From the human T2T-CHM13v2.0 reference genome, Homo sapiens, in NCBI RefSeq assembly GCF_009914755.1, contig NC_060939.1: DNA of 64,000 nucleotides. The stretch is one strand, 5' to 3'. The notes beneath the pieces were generated by a model. It did no database searches. It was not told the origin of the DNA and saw nothing but the letters and a program-made list of their open reading frames with translations. Every line of letters starts with the position of its first letter. Position 1 is the stretch's first letter. The translations under genes were made by a program, and so were the position numbers. This document shows, in pieces, positions 56,720 through 64,000 of the stretch.

Positions 56720-57237
56720 CTTCAAAAAATGAAAATTTCAAAGTGTAGGCAATAGTTTATGAATGAATGAATATCTTGCCTATATATAAACTCATAGTGT
56801 CTAAAGTACCTTAAGATGCAATTATCCTAATTCACTTTCAAAAAGTCATCAGGAATCAGTTAGGAAGCATCTTTATTTGGCAAATGAGGACACTGAGGCT
56901 CAGGGAAAAAAAGTGACTCATTCCAGAGCATACATTTAAAATGTACAGCTACATCATCTATTTGCAACAACTGCCTAACAACTGTCTCTTAGAAATAAAA
57001 GTTATGTGATTTCTTGCTAAAAGCAGATAAATAAATGAGCAGACAACTAAGATCACTTCATCGGATGCCAGAGCTGTCTGTCCAAGAATGCAACCAAGCA
57101 AAAATAATTTTGTCTTCAAAATAACAGAAAAACATATTTTTTGTTTGTTTAAAGCATAGAAGTACTATTATTAAGCACAAAAATAAAAAACGTTTTAGGT
57201 AGTTTGAACTACAATTTAAAACTGAATTATATAACAG

Positions 57238-57251
57238 GTGCCATCTAGTGT
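57238..57251 (-). promoter_or_regulatory. Possible CTCF motif
   Basis: Minus strand ACACTAGATGGCAC matches CCACYAGRTGGCRC; motif match only. Confidence 0.4.
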
Positions 57252-57570
57252 TATAAATTAAAACTGCACAGAATTATAACTAATGTGTAGTTATTAAAAG
57301 CTAAATTATATCCAAAGCAATTCAGTGATGTCATTGCTCACAATTCAAACTTTTCACTGAATCTGTATGCTGCCTGTTTAGAGACATTTACTATTCATTT
57401 TTCTCAAGTAAAATGGAAGACTTTGAACTCCTGAGTTACTATTCTGGAAATTATATATGTAACAATTTCTTTGTCAATATAACTTCTCATATATTAGCTT
57501 TAATTCAATATCTAATTTTCAATAATCTACATTAGTAGAAACACTAATTGTATGAAGGATTAATACAAAT

Positions 57571-57982
57571 GGGGTGGGGAAACAGAGGCGAGAGGATCAC
57601 TTCAGCTCAAAACGTTGAGGCTGCAGTGAGCCTGGGAGACAGAGCAAGACCCTGCCTCAAAATAAATAAACAGTAAACACAACAATAACAAAGAAATAAC
57701 AACAAACAATAATAACAATAAACACATAAGTGGGAGTGAACATATTTTTCTTTAATCTCTCTGTCTTCTCCTCTCTCTCTCTCTCTCTCCCTGAAAGGAT
57801 CTCCATCTGTTGCACCAGGACTGGAGTGCAGGTGTGCGATGGGTCGCGGCTCACTGTAGCCTTGATCTCCCAGGCTAGGACCTCCCAGGTTGGGACAGGA
57901 GGAATAGCATGGGCCGAAGGGGGGTCAGGGCTGCAGTGGGCCATGGTCACGCACCTGCAGTTTAGATTAAAAAAAAAAAAAG
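57571..57982 (+). mobile_element. TSD-flanked composite retro-insertion built of Alu fragments
   Basis: TSD aaggattaata(c/t)aaat at 57555-57570 and 57980-57995; poly(A) from 57969. Confidence 0.7.
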
Positions 57983-58305
57983 GATTAATATAAATAAAAT
58001 GCTGTAAATACTTGAATATGAATTGATTTCCATCACTTACTTTGAGATGACTCAACAGCAACTTTTTTAAACCTAAATCATTCCTTATGCTTTACAAATT
58101 CATTGTAGGCACAAAAAGCTGACATGTTTCTTAAAGGTAAATCCAGTTCTTTTTTTTTTTTTTTGAAAATGTAATAAGTTACAAATAGGATAACATACAG
58201 CTTAAATTACTGGAATTTAAACTAGTCCTGAGATTTGATAATTATGAATTACTGTACTTAAGTAAATAATTACACACTGCATACAAAAGGAGTTTGGAGA
58301 ATTAC

Positions 58306-58896
58306 CTTTCATTTCACTTGCTGAAGAATAATTTTGAAACTTGATTTCTAAGGATTTCATTATAACTAAGCTTGCTGCTCTAAGGATCACATGATCTGGA
58401 CTAGTGATAAGTTCACATTCAGGTTGAACTTCATCACCTCCAAAAAAGGAATGTTTTTCATAAACAGACAGTGTCTTCAACAACCCCGAATTCACAGCTT
58501 GCAAAACAGCATTAGCTAAAGCCAGCATGTCCACCGCTACATGATGGTCTGGCGGCATTAAGGCAGGCACAGATCCACGACAGAGGTCTTCACCCACTTT
58601 ACAGAGAAGGCACTTTTTGAGGAATATGATGACCTTCCTTTTAACAAAAGCCTGAATAGGCCAGGTAATAACTTCTAGCATGCAAGATGGTTTCAAAAAT
58701 AAAATCCTCTGGCAAGTGAAATGTAACTTCAGGTGGATTCTGGAGGCGATGAGAAGCTCAAGCAAATCCAGGAAACACATCAGGATGTTTACTATTTTAG
58801 AAGTATCCCGGCAGTTTTCAAAATGCTGAGAGAATAAGGAATTGTAAAACACTTCAAAAATGGTGTCGAAATGAGTCAGGAACTGCTTTAGAATTT
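58306..58896 (-). CDS. LINS1: LINS1 coding exon (591 bp)
   Basis: Acceptor ttataattgcag|AAATT and donor AAAG|gtaatt; EILKQFLTHF...SASEMK. Confidence 0.93.
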
Positions 58897-59077
58897 CTGC
58901 AATTATAAAAATAGGAATTATAAACAGGAAAAAGTCTTCTTCAAACAATTTTACAATTCACTTTTTATAAATATCACTTTTTAAGATGAAAAAACAGATT
59001 TGGAATGTTTACCTCTAACATTAACAAATGAGGTTACACAGATTAATGGGTAAGAACCACGGTTAAAATTCATTTTA

Positions 59078-59479
<402 letters not shown>

Positions 59480-59639
59480 TTAAAACAGGTTATCCTCAAT
59501 CAAAATATATTGGAAGAGACTGACTTTTTCATTACTTTAAGACAGATCAGATGTTCCAAATTAAGTTTTGTTTCTCATTATAAATGCAACGCTCCCAGGA
59601 GCAAGATGATGATTGTTTATGGGGCCATGTAATCCATAC

Positions 59640-59781
59640 CTGTTTTCTGTGAACATGAATCTTTAAAGATTTCTTTTATTATTGCTGTAAGAGTCCAGAG
59701 GCAGTATATTGCTTTATTACTCTCAGAGTATTCAGAAAGATTTTTCTGGCAAAAAGCAATCCAGGAATTACTTAAGGTTAT
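59640..59781 (-). CDS. LINS1: LINS1 coding exon (142 bp)
   Basis: Acceptor ttttctcacttgtag|ATAACC and donor AAACAG|gtatgg; ITLSNSWIAFCQK...KDSCSQKT, phase matches the next exon (G|AA = Glu). Confidence 0.88.
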
Positions 59782-59960
59782 CTACAAGTGAGAAAATAAA
59801 GCAAGCAGTTAAAATACAATATTTTCTTTACATAATACAACTGTATACAACATTGTTTATACATTTGGCCAAAAGAAGTATGATAATATGTGGCAAACCG
59901 AGAAGGAACAGAAGTATCCTAATATTATTTAAGTAAAAAAATCGAATATGCCACAGAAAT

Positions 59961-63868
<3,908 letters not shown>

Positions 63869-64000
63869 TGAGCCAGTGATAACCACAAAAAAACCATGTC
63901 TTGGTAAAAAGATATTTTACATAATTGATGTTCACTTCAAAATCTCCTCTTAGGTAGACTATAACAATTCAGATTACTACTGGATTCTAAGTTTCAAGAA

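Overview
Human-type (primate) genomic DNA, recognisable as the CERS3 - PRKXP1 - LINS1 interval of distal chromosome 15q (15q26.3). All three loci are on the minus strand. The window contains: (i) the non-coding 5' exons and CpG-island promoter of CERS3 (coding exons lie left of the window); (ii) a near-full-length processed pseudogene of PRKX (PRKXP1, ~36.36-43.94 kb), later modified by a solo MER11 LTR, a 36-bp VNTR built from its own kinase codons and a (GT)20 microsatellite; (iii) the last four coding exons of LINS1, with a 5'-truncated L1PA in the next intron upstream. The rest is Alu, MIR, L1M, LTR (complete THE1D MaLR, MER4A, LTR8, MLT1) and DNA-transposon remnants, two U6 pseudogenes and four minisatellites. 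No new protein-coding system is supported. The most unusual structures are a ~205-bp fold-back inverted duplication inside a MER4A LTR, a TSD-flanked Alu-hairpin retro-insertion with apparent A>G bias in a LINS1 intron, motif-bearing VNTRs in PRKXP1 and at the CERS3 promoter, and a microsatellite that controls the reading frame of the PRKXP1 kinase C-lobe. Gene and repeat-family names come from recall of sequences, not from a database search.
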